Positions 26,682-40,400 of a stretch of DNA of 64,000 nt are shown here, in pieces; position 1 is the stretch's first letter, and the number at the start of each line of letters is the position of its first letter. Origin of the DNA: Oopsacas minuta (Eukaryota; Animalia; Porifera); assembly GCA_024704765.1 (NCBI GenBank), contig JAKMXF010000350.1, positions 108,972 through 172,971 of the forward strand, in the 5' to 3' direction. The notes beneath the pieces were generated by a model, which was not told where the DNA came from, searched no databases, and worked only from the letters and a program-made list of their open reading frames with translations. A program made the translations under genes and the position numbers.

Positions 26682-28232
26682 ATGTCTGGGAGAACAAGTG
26701 AAGCTTCACCGCTCATGGCGAATGAGTTGATCAACGTTGTAGGAAATACAAGAAGGACTCTGAGAAGGAAAAGAATCAAGCTTGCATGCTTTATTTTATC
26801 GTTCTTACTACTTCTTATCGCTTCGCTTGGTTTGATGATAATATCATTCCCGATGGAAGGGATTGTATCCACTAAGGTAGAGGAAATTATTAAGAACGAA
26901 GTGGTGCTACAGGACGGTTCGTTTTCACTTCCAATCTGGACAGATCCACCTGTAAAAATGTATAAAGACTTTTTCATATTCAATTGGACTAATCCCGATA
27001 ATGTAATCAATGGATCTCAAAAGCCAAACTTTAAAATATTAGGACCATACAAGTACCGCGAGTACAGAACTAAGTATATTGATAACAAACACTCTAACAA
27101 ATGTGTAATAAGCTATATACAGCACAAGACTTATGAGTTTGATCCTGAAGCTAGCTTTCCATTAATGAAGAATGATAAAGTATTTGTGCTTAATATCCCT
27201 GTAGCAGCTGCTCCACAGCAAATAAGTAATACTATCGAACGAATAGCTTTAGAAGGAGCAATTAAGGCTACGGGGGCTAAGTTATACAAGGAAATAGAAG
27301 TAGATGATCTCATTTGGGGGTATACTGACACATTCATTGAGTTGTTACAAACCGTAGGAAAGTTTCCAAAAGGAGTAAAATTTCAAATTCAGAAAAATGA
27401 TGACCCTCGTGATTACAACAGTCTCAGTTCTGTAGGTACTGGCAGATGCAATATATCTGACCTGGGGAATTTCCATCAATGGGATGGATTCACTTCTCTT
27501 GACATTTGGAATGATTCTGAGCACAATAAAGTGAAAGGAACTGAGGGATTACTCAACCAACCTCTACTGAAAGAAGGACAGGAGCTATTCATATGGATTG
27601 ACGATATTATGCGCTGGGCTGTCATATACGATACTGGAGAAAGACACACACGTAAGGGACTGCTTACTTGGAGATTTACTAACACTAAAGAATTCTTCTA
27701 CAACGAGACACGGTATCCACCGAATAGAGGCTGGTATCAGAACGCACCTGAAGGCCTATTATACATTGGTAACTCAACAATACCAGCTGGTAATCCTGTG
27801 TGGGGTAGTAACCCTCTGTTCTACCAGGGAGACCCTGGACTTGTCCAGAACGTGTCAGGTGTAACACCTGATCCTTCTAAGTACACGTATGCTGATATAG
27901 AGCCTCTCACAGGAGCTGTAGTGTACGTGCATAGACAGATTCAGATTAATTTCGAGTTACGCCGTGCTGACTATCTCTTCTACAAACATCTCCCAGAGGT
28001 TACATACTTCCCGGTGATGTATGTGGATGAGCATGGTGAGCTCTCTCAAGAACTCTACGATACAATATCACAGAAGTTATTGCTAGCACAGATTGGTTAT
28101 GGTGCTCATTGGGTCTTACTTGTGATAGGAATACTCCTGTTAATACCTACTGTAATCATAGGGTTTTGTATACTCAAGCATATTCAGGTGATAAAGGCTA
28201 TCAAAGTGTATCGTGACATTACATCACCCTGA
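26682..28232 (+). CDS. CD36 / scavenger receptor class B family protein, 516 aa, intronless
   Basis: N- and C-terminal TM helices; CD36 motifs FFIFNWTNPD, GPYKYRE, LIWGYTD, VKGTEG, DIEPLTGA, YFPVMYVDE. Confidence 0.95.
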   Translation: MSGRTSEASPLMANELINVVGNTRRTLRRKRIKLACFILSFLLLLIASLGLMIISFPMEGIVSTKVEEIIKNEVVLQDGSFSLPIWTDPPVKMYKDFFIFNWTNPDNVINGSQKPNFKILGPYKYREYRTKYIDNKHSNKCVISYIQHKTYEFDPEASFPLMKNDKVFVLNIPVAAAPQQISNTIERIALEGAIKATGAKLYKEIEVDDLIWGYTDTFIELLQTVGKFPKGVKFQIQKNDDPRDYNSLSSVGTGRCNISDLGNFHQWDGFTSLDIWNDSEHNKVKGTEGLLNQPLLKEGQELFIWIDDIMRWAVIYDTGERHTRKGLLTWRFTNTKEFFYNETRYPPNRGWYQNAPEGLLYIGNSTIPAGNPVWGSNPLFYQGDPGLVQNVSGVTPDPSKYTYADIEPLTGAVVYVHRQIQINFELRRADYLFYKHLPEVTYFPVMYVDEHGELSQELYDTISQKLLLAQIGYGAHWVLLVIGILLLIPTVIIGFCILKHIQVIKAIKVYRDITSP

Positions 28233-29168
28233 AATTTAATTTTTGTCTCTGTTATACTTCTTTATTGACTGATTCGACTTTAGCCAAACCCTTTTTATCA
28301 GAGTTTTATCATCTTCTGACTGTTGTATGATGTATTATTATTAATGGACTGCTATCTTAAAATGTTCTTATCTGTCATATAATTTTATACAGAGATTTAA
28401 TATACTTACTTTTAACTGATGTTTGTATATTGGTTTGTTCATAGTTTGTGTGTTTGTCCCAGTTTGATATTAAATTGCTGGAGTTATTGTGATAGTTATT
28501 GATATTTGTTACTCTTAAGGCGTTAGGGGTGTTCTAACATTTCGTCACGTAAAATTACACCCTCCCTATGTCACGCTTTTAAAATTACAAAAATATAGGG
28601 TTGTAGCGATTTGCTTCTAATTAGCACCTGCCTCCCCGTAACGATTTAATCCGACTAGGTTTACGTAATCCTTTTATGAAAATACTGCAGTTCTCTCAAA
28701 TTTAATGTTTAAACCAACATTCAGTAGTTTCCACTTAATAGTGTCACTTCATGATCAGATAAACTCCTCCCATAACTCTGAATAAAAGTAATATATTATT
28801 AGAGTATATTAATGCCCGTATTTCCCTGAATTATTTCGTGCAGAAGCATACCCGGTGCTTCTTTAGGAAAATACGATACGTAACGTACTGACATTTTGAG
28901 TAATAAAACTCCACCCTCAGAATAAGAAATTTATCTTTCAACCTTTCGCAAATCCAGGAAAATGACCTTTCCCAACACAGACATTAAGTAGAGATTAAAT
29001 CTTGAATAAGATAGTGATATACGTAGTGAAGTAGAAATTATTTTGAACAAAACTCTTAAATTGGCCAATATACGAAAGCTTAAAGATATGGAGATATCAA
29101 GAGTATGCTATAACGTATAAATGTAGTAAATATGAGAAAATCTATGAAAATCGCTATTCTATACAGGA

Positions 29169-31821
29169 ATGAGAACATTGATTGTATTAACTATTATAAT
29201 ATTTGTATTCCATTACGTGAGATGTTACAGTGAAGATAGTAACGAATTTGCTTGGAGAGAATGGAAACACAAGTTTAATAAGGAATATAAAGATGAGAAC
29301 GAAGAGAGGAAAAGAAGGGAAATTTGGGAGAGAAAAGTTTTAGAAATAAAAGAATTTAATGCTAGAAATCAATCTTTTAAACAAGCAACCAATAAATTTT
29401 CAGACATGGTGAGTGTAATTAACACTGTACTGTAGCTATCGCAGTTAATGACCCGTATGCTATATATAACATTAGATGTATATATGAACAGTTGACTACG
29501 TTTTCTTTGTCAATAGAAACTTTTATATTTGAACTAATTTCCGCTACAGTAGACATTGGATTTAACGATATCAGCTATAGCAACAAATTGTGAATATTTC
29601 GCATATATTGAATTACTTTGAATTTAGCGACACATCGGGCACAGGACCTAGACCTTCTATCCTACCCAAACGAGTGTTGTTCTATCCAATGTTTACTGTT
29701 CACACCTACGCCCAACAAGTAATTTACGCTAGCATGTAACAGATTTTGTTTTCTTTGCTTCCGTGGATATAATGAATACTATTCTTGACTACCAGAAACC
29801 CTGCTAGGTTGCTATACCACAACATTTTAGAAATACAGTGGAACCTGCATAAACCGATACTTGGTCGGATTATACAGGCGAATTTCTATTGTCGAAAGCT
29901 ATTTCATACCAGAAACACTGTCGAATTATAAAGGTCTTCCGGATTATACAGGTGTCCGTTTATTTAGGTTCCATTGTATATCAAACAATATGCCTATGCT
30001 GGCTATGTAACAAAGTAGGTTGATGATTAGAAAGATCCAATAGAGGAAACATTATTTACTCAGTTGAAGCCAACTAGGAATTCGTCCTGGCCCGCTTTTT
30101 TTCACCTTAGTTGACAAGTATGAATTCCGAAATTGTATTCGTAGATTAATTTGTTACAAATTCACGTACTATTCCAGTAATTCAACTAATAACCAATCAT
30201 GTATAATAGAGTACTCAAGAAGTGCTTGAAATCATATCAGGACTCCTACCTGATACAGATATCAACTCCGAATCTTACTACACACCTGCTCTAGATGGTG
30301 TTCATATCCCTGATAGGGTTGATTGGAGAGAGAGAAACGTGGTTACACAAGTCAAAGATCAGGTATTGTGCTCCAGTCTGCTATTTTATTTCCTTTGGGA
30401 ATATTTACGAAATAATATATGTAATATAGAAACGACTAATAACGTCTTGATAATCAAGACGCAATTGAATAATTGATAGAGAACTGTTTTCAGTTATAAG
30501 TGATGTACTTGCAACTACACTAACAAAGTGAACACTTGTATGTGCTAAAGGAAATACAAGGACGTAGCTAGAGTTTAGTGATTGCCCAGGCACTATTAAA
30601 TTGTCCAGGCTAAGCCTAGGTAGGCCTGAGCGTAGATACGCCCCTGGGCAATATATTATGGCCATTGTGGCTTAGTATGTAATAATTCGAATTTTCTTGA
30701 TTTGGGTTGAATCTATAAGGATTCTAAAATACAGTACTCTATTCCAATACTACATAGTTCTACAGTGTATTTTATACGATAGGGTGGCTGTGGATCATGT
30801 TGGGCATTTAGTGCTACTGGGAGCTTAGAAGGACAGTATGCTAAGAAAACTAGTAGTTTAGTTTCATTCTCAGAACAACAGCTGGTTGATTGTTCCAGAG
30901 CTTATGGGAACAAAGGATGTAGTGGAGGTCTTATGAATAATGCTTTCAGGTACTGGGAAAGCTATGGAGCGGAGAGAGAGAGGGATTATTCATATGCTGA
31001 TTGTGTATGTCTTAAAGTAGTCTGATATAGTACAATTAAATGATACAAGTGATTAGCCAGGGAAATAGTTGAAATTATATTTGAAATGGACTGGATCTGA
31101 AAGAACTTTACTGGCGCCGATTAATTTCTCAATTTTGTATGTATTTCATCGCCAAATAGCTCTGACAACCAACCATTATTTCACAATATTAATCTAATCC
31201 ACAAACATTTCAAACCAAACACATGACCAAGGAATTGGTAATTACCACTGATAAAGACAAGTAATTTATTATTCAAAAATTATGTTAGTTTGGTATGAAA
31301 TAAGCAGCGTTTGAATTATACGTATGGCGTATAATTATTACTTTCCTTACGTGTGTGTGTATATCAATACAGATATAATATTGTGAATAATGTTGAATGC
31401 AATTATAATAATATGTCATTACGAAACAAACATATAATCTTATTCCTATCCCAAGGAACTAAACTGTAAATACAAAAGATCTCTTGGCGTCACAAAGATA
31501 AAATCATATATTCAAATACCTCGAGAAGATTGCACCATACTAAGAAGAGCAGTAGCAGAGATAGGCCCGGTATCTGTGGGTATGGATGCACGTCACAGTG
31601 ACTTCAGTTCCTACTCGTATGGCGTCTACAGAAATGACAGATGTTCTTCCACTAAATTGAATCATGGAGTGCTAGTTGTGGGTTATAACATGGAAGGGAA
31701 TGGTTATTGGATTGTTAAGAACAGCTGGGGTAGCAGATGGGGAGAAGCAGGCTATTTCAAAATAGATATGCGAGATAATATGTGTGGGATTTGTACTCTT
31801 GCGTCTTATCCTGTATTGTGA
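29169..31821 (+). CDS. CTSL: Cathepsin L-like papain-family cysteine protease, 4 exons (29169-29408, 30210-30362, 30783-31004, 31456-31821), ~326 aa
   Basis: Signal peptide, I29 propeptide, [36 protein letters not shown]; canonical GT/AG junctions keep the frame. Confidence 0.92.
29836..29976. mobile_element. pogo/Tigger-like MITE in cathepsin intron 1
   Basis: TA|CAGTGGAACCT ... AGGTTCCATTG|TA. Confidence 0.65.
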
Positions 31822-32381
31822 TGGAATATCTGATTTATGTGCTCAGTTTCTTTGTTGCTAAATTTGTTGAATAGGTTATATTACGTATATTATATGAATT
31901 GAGAGCTAGTAGTCTTGTTTTCCTTTAATATTAATAGACTGCTTAGGATTAGGCTACCAGTTAATCGGGTATCCTAGCCAGAAGCAACTATGCAGATGCC
32001 CGACAGTAACCTAATTAAACAAAGTCTACTGTAAATTATTAAATATCAATGATTTCTGTGTGTGTGTGTGTGTCTATTTGTCATTTGTCCAGAATTATTT
32101 GTGGATCCTGAGATGTCGCATAACTATGTATTCATCGTGTTTATTGAGGAAGTCAACATTATTTAATGAACAAAATATATTGAATATGCTGAATCTGATT
32201 TTCACACTTTTAGATTAATCATATGTAAATTTATTGTTTTTATAATATAAAGTAAACAAATTTCCAAAATTGTTGTAGAAACATGCTTTCAATGGTTATA
32301 CTGATGCAATCGAGTAGCATCTATATATTAATAAATCTCAATTGTTGTTTCTCTGTTTGTTTATCCGTTGATTTGTAAATA

Positions 32382-33728
32382 CAGGGTGTCTCAAAAGTCT
32401 TTTCCTCTTATGAATACCACTATAATATAGAATTTCTTAGATAAATTCATCTAATTATTTGCCTATATATTCACCATTAAGTTTTATACATGAATTAATT
32501 CGACTTGGCATCCCATCAACTAAATTCTCAAGTATCGACGGGCTAATCCCATTCCATATATTTTCCAAATATTTTCCGAGCTGTGTTAAATTTGTAGCGG
32601 GCTTTCTCTTGTCTAGCTCTGCTTGCATAATAGACCAAAGATTTTCGATGGGATTTAAATCTGGGGAGTTACTAGGCCAAACACCTTTCTCCCAAAAGCC
32701 AGGTAGATGCTCTGAAAGCCATTTCTGGGTCCTTATGGCTGTATGGGCAGGGGCGCCATCCTGCATGAAAATTGTCTCGGACATCTTTCGACAGATTTTC
32801 CTTTGGGTAAGTGGGGCGCTAGTCTTTCTACGCTTAAAGGTAGGGAGACAACACTTCTCCAGGATTTCATTAATATAGTAGTCAGTATTCACTGAGTGTT
32901 TTGGGGGATGAAGTGTAGTTCTGATAGCCCTGACCGGCTTATCATTCCCCAGACCATCATTTTTGGGGGGTTTTTGACTGATTCAACTGTGGTAATGTTG
33001 TGCGGATTAATGTCCCAAACACGATCATTCTGCCTATTAGTCGGATGGAAAAGCTCAAAAGGGCTTTCATCACTAAAAAGAACTCTTCCCCAATCACGAC
33101 CAGTCCATGTTTTGCGTTCCTGACAGAATTCTAGCCTCTTTACCCCTTTTGTTTTTCAGTCAATTTCGGGTATGAGGTTCTTTTATAGGCTTTCGCTCCG
33201 ATTGTGTCGCGTAAATAACGGTGAATTGTGTCTTTACTAACGCTCACCGACTTAGGCGAGATATATTCCGCAAGATTTCGGGTTGAATTGTAGCGTTTCT
33301 CGATTGATTTTCGAATTATAATTTTCAGAATCCGAGAAAGCTTCGTCGGAAGTCCAGACCGGTGCTTGTCATCAAGCAAATATCCAGCTCTATGCCTTTT
33401 ACACCAGTTCCGAACTGTCCGAATTGTGACTCCAAGAGTATTGGCGACTGTTTTCTATGTTGAACCCGCTTCAATCATGCTAATCGCTCGCTCACGAACA
33501 GCAAATCTCGGTTTCATGACATTCATGTATGAAATTTGTGAGGGTTGAGAAAAAATTACGAAATATAAACAGATTATCAAATAAGGAAATGAAGTATTCA
33601 TTATAGTATTGGACTACTATAGACTAATAATAATAATCTGAAAAATGGTCGGTTAGTAAACAATACTGTTCGATTTATAACGACTTCAATCGAAGTACTG
33701 AGGAGGAAAAAACTTTTGAGACACCCTG
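32382..33728 (-). mobile_element. Complete Tc1/mariner-superfamily transposon (1347 bp) with a degenerate DD37E transposase
   Basis: TIRs CAGGGTGTCTCAAAAGT at both ends, TA TSD (32380-81, 33729-30); transposase fragments FSDES, FMQDGAPAH and SPDLNPIE with stops and frameshifts. Confidence 0.92.
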
Positions 33729-34919
33729 TATATTGCTGATTTGGGTCATACAGGGGTATTTTGGCCTGGCTCGGACTATTTTGAGTCTTGGACAAAATTC
33801 ACACCTATGACGAAATTATTACGTCATTGTTACCGTTTGGATTTTCGAAATATCAGATTATTAGCCATTTAGCATAAAGTAAGTAACTTCTTGCATAGAA
33901 TAGAAACATTTTCTATTTTCCTGCAACCGTGGTGCATGAAAATGTTATTTTTCATGCAAGATTGTTACACAGTAGACCTATGTTGCCTTGTTGTATGGAA
34001 CAATATGCATGCAACAGTTGCATCGTGTATGGTGTGCTTAAGATATCGGAGACATACCAAGTTACTAGGCTGCTAGGCGCTGGACAACTTCTACCGTTAA
34101 TTAAGTAAACGACAACATGTACAGGCGTTTAACTCTAATCTAAGGTAAGCTGATACGATTACAAATTTTCTATTTGAGACACGCAAAGGGGATTCGCCAC
34201 TGATGAAATATCATAAATAAGTATATTAATACGTATATGCAAAGGAATCCAGTAACTCATAATTATTGTGGATAAAACAGAAGACTTATTATGACAAAAC
34301 AGACTATTGTTATTGGATTCCGTATTAATGAATATTATAGTGTATATAAACTGTTTAGGCTCCCGTGTTTCTAAGTAGGCACCTATTTAAATCTACTTTG
34401 TTTGGGTTTGAATATTAATTGATAATAAATAGTTAGCGCGCGTTTATGCTTGATCTTGGACTTGAGATTTTTAATATCTGGTTGTTTCTTGGATTCTGAT
34501 TTTTCAACAATTTTGGTTACTTTTATGGCCGAACGGAACTGAGTTAACAGACACATGCACGTTTTACTTAAATAAATTTTCAATTTGTTCTTATCAACAC
34601 ATTTGGCCTGTAAATGACATAATATTGTAGAATGATGGTGGTCAAGGATTCCTTATAACATTCCACATCAATGGTAATCAATTCTCAATCTTTTAATCCG
34701 TATTTCTTTGAAAAATAAGCGCCGAGGCTGTAAAAGGCTCCCGAAATTGTGAATAAAAATCATCCCTATAGAAGCATTTCTTTGGGCGAAATCTCATTAG
34801 ACTATGTCACATATTAGAACAATTAGTTTACCAAAATTATTTGTATTCACAAAAATTGTAAATTTAGATGAAAAAGTGCACATGAAAAGATATTCAGGAA
34901 AACAATTACCTGATATATA

Positions 34920-35066
34920 GCTCAACTATACTATAGTACAGTTTTTGTGTATTATCTTTCCTATGTTCGAGGAAAGGTCCTTTGTTAGGCCTAATGAAAG
35001 TCATCTTTTTGGAATGAAGGTATGGGTTTTTGTATTACAAAAAACTGTACTATACTATAGTTGAGC
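34920..35066. mobile_element. MITE with ~27-bp TIRs and TA flanks
   Basis: gctcaactatactatagtacagttttt vs aaaaactgtactatactatagttgagc (1 mismatch). Confidence 0.8.
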
Positions 35067-35189
35067 TATACATAAGGAATCTGTCAGGAAAATACGGTAT
35101 TTCTATAAATTTCTGGTTATACTTCCCGAACAGATTTTCTTTTCTAATCGTCATTACTCTAAGGACAACCTTTCGGCTGGATACCTAGT

Positions 35190-36772
35190 TGAACATACTG
35201 CGAGATTTTCCGGTATGAGAATATTTCGTTATATAACGCCTCCAGTCAGTGGAGTTTATTCAATCCAAGTAACATATTATGGATCTGTTGAGTTATGGTT
35301 ATCTCCCGATTCGCTGCCGTCTAATGCTATTGAATATACTAATTCAGAACCTAATCTTTTCATCGGCTCACCCGAAAATTCATCTCTAATACTGATAAGC
35401 CTCCAGTATGCGATTACACTGTATCTCTGGTTGCTGGCAAAAAGCACTACATTGAAATTCTTCATGTCGGCAAAGGAGAAGGTTTGATTGAAGTAAAATG
35501 GAAAGAAAAAAATTTCCCAGAATACATATCTATAGAATCAGACTATATATTTCCGTTTGTACATGACTTCGGTCATGGAGTTTTCCTGAGACATATAGCC
35601 CTCCTACTCTTCCGTTACATGCCCCTAGCCCTGAGCTACTCAAAATACTACATCCTTACGACGAGAGGAATTATCTATTCTACTATTCTAATATGGATAT
35701 AGCAAAAGTTGCTGCTGGTAGTTGGGTGTTTCCATCCTGTCAGTACAAACCTGCCTTTATGGATCAAAAGCCGGAGAAAGGAGTACCAGTCAGTATAGAG
35801 TTACTCAGTACATATCCTCCTGATACTCTATACTCCAATAATGTACACATACTTGTGCGTAACGCAGTCATAAGCACTGAAATTATGAATAAGGTACTGA
35901 CTATATTCATGTGTCACTTGATGTTTTCTAATCCAACGATTATTCTATCTCGTCTCATTAACATGGAGATGTTCAATGACAGTGAGAATGGTGATTTGTT
36001 TCTAGTTGAGGTGCTGATTAAATTTGAGTCTAATCCGCAAGAGGAACTCTTAATTTCAGAATTCGTAGTTCTAGGACACAAGGACGTACCCCCTTCTCTA
36101 CTATGTCATTCTGCTGACATGAAAATGCAAAAAGATACGTTCGTACACTTCCTTGTCACACATAGGAACTTCCCACAGATGATACGAGAATTCGTTCAGA
36201 ACATGGAGCGTGTTTACGATGAGAGTGGAGATGAGAACTTTGGAATAATAATAGTAAACTATGTGACTCCATTGATTAACGTACTGACATTATTACGTCA
36301 GAGCAGACTCAAGCACTGGTCTGTAATAGATTTTCAAGGACCATGGGAGAAGACAGCAGCTATTAACATAGGGATAGACAGTGTTAAGGATCCAAATGAT
36401 ATCATATTCATAACAGATCTCTCTATATACTACCCATCTCATCTCCCCGAAACTATCCGTAAACATACTTTTCAGGGCTTCTCCGGGTTTGCTCCTGTCA
36501 TATTCTATTTCTCGTGTCATTTCAATCTTCTAGTGGATTATTATGGTACATATTCCATCTATGGTTATGGACTGTTTAGTTTGTATAAATCCGACTGGGA
36601 AGTCGTCGGAGGAATGGACTCAACTCGGTTTAAAGGAAAATGGGGCTGGGAAGATAACGATCTTACTGACCGTGTGTTAACTTATGGCTATGCATTGTTC
36701 AGGTTGGTTATAAGAGATTTCTATCATCAGAATCACACCTACTCTGGACTTTGGGACATTAACTCTACCTAA
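35190..36772 (+). pseudogene. B4GALNT3/4-like beta-1,4-GalNAc-transferase (PA14 domain + chondroitin GalNAc-T-like domain), frameshifted in its 5' half
   Basis: GMRIFRYITP..ELWLSPD and KHYIEILH..IEVKW (PA14-like) lie in different frames; intact 359-aa ORF 35693-36772 has IIFITDL, GYGLFSLYKSDWEVVGGMD and KWGWED. Confidence 0.7.
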
Positions 36773-37465
36773 TAATATACGTAGTATTGTATATTTAGGA
36801 ATCATGCTACTATTTTTGATATATTTATGTTTTTTTAAACTTTTTTATGTATATATGTGATGCTATTCCATGAAAGAGTGTACATTTTATTGCTACCGAC
36901 TACCGATATCTAGGGCAACTAGCCCTCAGGACCTTTCTTCGAGAATGGCTACTCAACAGCAAAATTGTAATTACGCTACCAATTCAATAGTTATCACCTT
37001 TGAAATTCTATAAGTGAGATTTGATTGTATGGTTTTTTGCTAGTTATTGTAGCAAGTTTCAGCTATGAATAATAATTAACATTAATAATCTACCACACAA
37101 TTATGAGATAATTTAGATGCTGTTAGTACAATTATTTTGTTGTTGCTTTAATTTAATTTGATAACAATAGCTATTTTGGAGATAATTACAAACTATCAGA
37201 TTTGTAAATTGCCAAGGTAATTTAAGAGATAAAGTGAGACTCCAGATTCGTGAGAGTTACTAATGTTATTAGTACTTACAAAATATAGTCTACATGCAGT
37301 CTTTGCATATTTTCCATGCTAGCATCTCCTAATAGCTAATAGGAGCTAAATTAAACCTTTCCCTATTGTAGAAATATGTACACTATACTACTCGTCACTC
37401 AATTGATATAATTATTACCAATATTTACAACAAGTCAACGCCAATTACTTATTAGACAAATATAT

Positions 37466-40400
37466 TCAAGATCTAAGATTATGAGTCATGTTCATTACTC
37501 CTCTACCGAAATACTCTGCAACAACAGAGAACCCGTCTGAAGTAGCTTGTAGCTGTTTATGAAACTGTTCATTTACATTAACATTCTGTTCTTGCTGTCG
37601 GATGATATCCAAAACCTTCTGATTCTCTTCGTGACACAGAGGACACAGATACTCTCCCTCATCCTCTACACAGGATTGGTGGTAGGAATGCTGACATAGG
37701 AAATGTACAGATGGTGGGAATAGCTTATTATTACAGAGAGAACATTTCGTTATCTGAAATATAGTAGCACTCACTTTAAGATTTTCAATTCGCTGCTGCA
37801 TCTGTCTTGTATCATCTACATACTTCTTAATGTGTTTCTCATCTTCTTGGATCCTCTCCTCTTCTGATTGCAAATGCTTACTGATCAGGTCCTTCACCAG
37901 CTGTAGACTGGTGCTGGGACTCTCACTGAGGATCTGTACCACCACCAGCAGAGGTAGGAGCTTTTGACGCTCTATGTGTTCCAGGACCTGACAATAAAAT
38001 TAAAGTGTAATTAAATATCATTAATCAGTAGATGTAACCTCTAAAGTTATCAATTATTATCCTAAAATGAATTCTGGTAGTAATTATTTATTTCATAATT
38101 ATAATCATATAATATAGAATAATAATAAATTACCACAAGTAAGAATATTACTGGCGAAGTTTGGATTACGTAATTATATTGTTTATTATTTGTTTACTTT
38201 GTATTAATAAAAAACAAGAATTGTACGTATGAGAAACCTGAAATTCATTAATGTTCAATTTTGATCTTTCGTTTGCAAATTTACAAAACTAACATAAGTA
38301 TAGTAATTTCGGGAGAATTTCATGGACTGCAAGCAGGGCTTCATCTAGAGAAGGTAACCCCCGCACGGACAGTTACAAATTAGCAGATTTATCATATGAC
38401 TAATCATACTTCGCATATTTTCAAATCATGTCAGGGATTTCAACTGCTAGTCAGGTGTAATCGAGTATGGAAATTCCAAATTAGAAATTTCAAATCTATA
38501 TCTACATGACTTTTCATATTTAATCATATTTTTTCACACCTTTGGCATATTTTTTAATACGATCCTAGAAATTTCATTCTAACTGCTTGAGGGGGTAATT
38601 GTGTATGTAAATTCCAATTTTGATATTTTCAGATCTATACCTAATATATTTGCTATATATACACGATAATTTACACGAAATAGGCCACATACCTGTGTAA
38701 TGATGTTTTAACGAGGATTTACTGTAATTTATAATATTAGGTAATATTAATATGCAGAAAGAGCAAAGATAAAACCCACTTACCTCTCTTAATTGAGTTT
38801 TGCAGTCAGGCCGACTAGCAAAATAAGTCAGTGCTTTTACCCACAAGCTAGAATCTCTCGTACCATGCTTCTTACAAGTATCAATAACTTGTACATAATT
38901 CTGCTTCTCCATGTGATAGACTACAATCTGTTGGAATAGTTTAGCTTTCTCGTACAAGTAGAGGATACCTGCTCTGAAGTCATGTACCTGGGCTAGCATG
39001 AGGGCGTGGTCGAGATCGTACTTAGCCGCCCTATTCTGTAGAATCTGTAGAATACGTTGTTCTCTCTGATTCAATTCCTCGGGTGTTCCACCTGTGTCTA
39101 GACTGTAGTGACGTAGGTTAAGCTCTAGCAGAGTGTTGTATATAGTAGAGGAAGCATCGGGATTATCCTGATTACATTATATTCAATAATACCGTTACTC
39201 ATTAACAATCCTAAATCTAAAATGTAACATAGCATAAAGAAATTCGGGACGTTCTAGGGGGGGGCGAGCCGCCGAGGGATAGGTAAATCTATAAATCTAT
39301 TATATTAACCCATCAGAATATCTTTGATTAGACGCAAAAATAATTAATCTAGATTCTAGAGTTACTCTGTCACTTATATTTACTACTCATACATACGCTT
39401 ATGTTCCATTATACTCCATATATTTGGAATACCTGAGCTAACTTAAGGGCCTATAAATGTGTAAACAGGACAAGTCCATCCTAGGCGTACTGGGGCAATT
39501 GGCAGAAAACGTATATTTTCAAGTGACATTGGCGTAAATCTTGTGATAATTGTTAAAAAACATGCACCTGTAATTCGGTGAGAAATGGACATAGCTCCAT
39601 GTTTGCGAAGCCGCTTAAAGCTATAAAGGCTCAGCTCGTGTATTGTTTTTCTATGGGAAATGCCCCCAGACTCCCGATGTTGCTCGCTGCACTTGCTCTT
39701 ACCTCCCCCTAGCCCGTTTTATTGTTAAATATTTCTGGATTGCCCAAGAATGACGCCAGTAAAATTAGTAGCCTATACGGCTATACTTAAATACGTACTT
39801 CAAACTAAGCTACGTATGATACATACTGTATATATATACTTGAAAAGTATTAACAAAGATTCATATACAAATTAACTTCGTAGACTGAAAGCTCACAAGA
39901 TCCATTAAGTAAAATTGTACTTGCATATAATACATTAGTTACTTAATACTACCTATGATTAACAATATTGTTTGAGTAAGAGGCTGCATATTGCTATTGA
40001 GGGAGGATTTTGATGAAAATAATTCAAATTCAAGATATTAATTAATTGTCCGAAGCTTATTTGGTCAGATTATAGAGCTCTAGAGTAATAAGTATTAACA
40101 GCACTGTTTATCTTGAATCAATTATTATATTCTTCAACTAATTAGTAGGTTTTTGCGCGTACAAAAGATCTACAAATTAATCTATACTAGAGATGAAATA
40201 CACTTATACGTATGTTCCGCATAGAGATAAATTAGGCAGTAATGGCCACAAGAATTCGAGGTTGGCTCATAGCCCTAACTGGTCCTCTGGCTAAGAACCT
40301 AATAATGATTTTCCTATTTATATTGCTAAACAAACTTATAAATATAACAAACATGTAACATTCCTACCTCCACAATTTCCTCTAAGAATTCCAAGAACAG

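Noticed and set aside
32459-32878. Antisense ORFs overlapping transposases and genes (e.g. 32459-32878, 51581-51898, 59429-59686, 63537-63731)
   Set aside because: Shadow ORFs of real coding sequence on the opposite strand.
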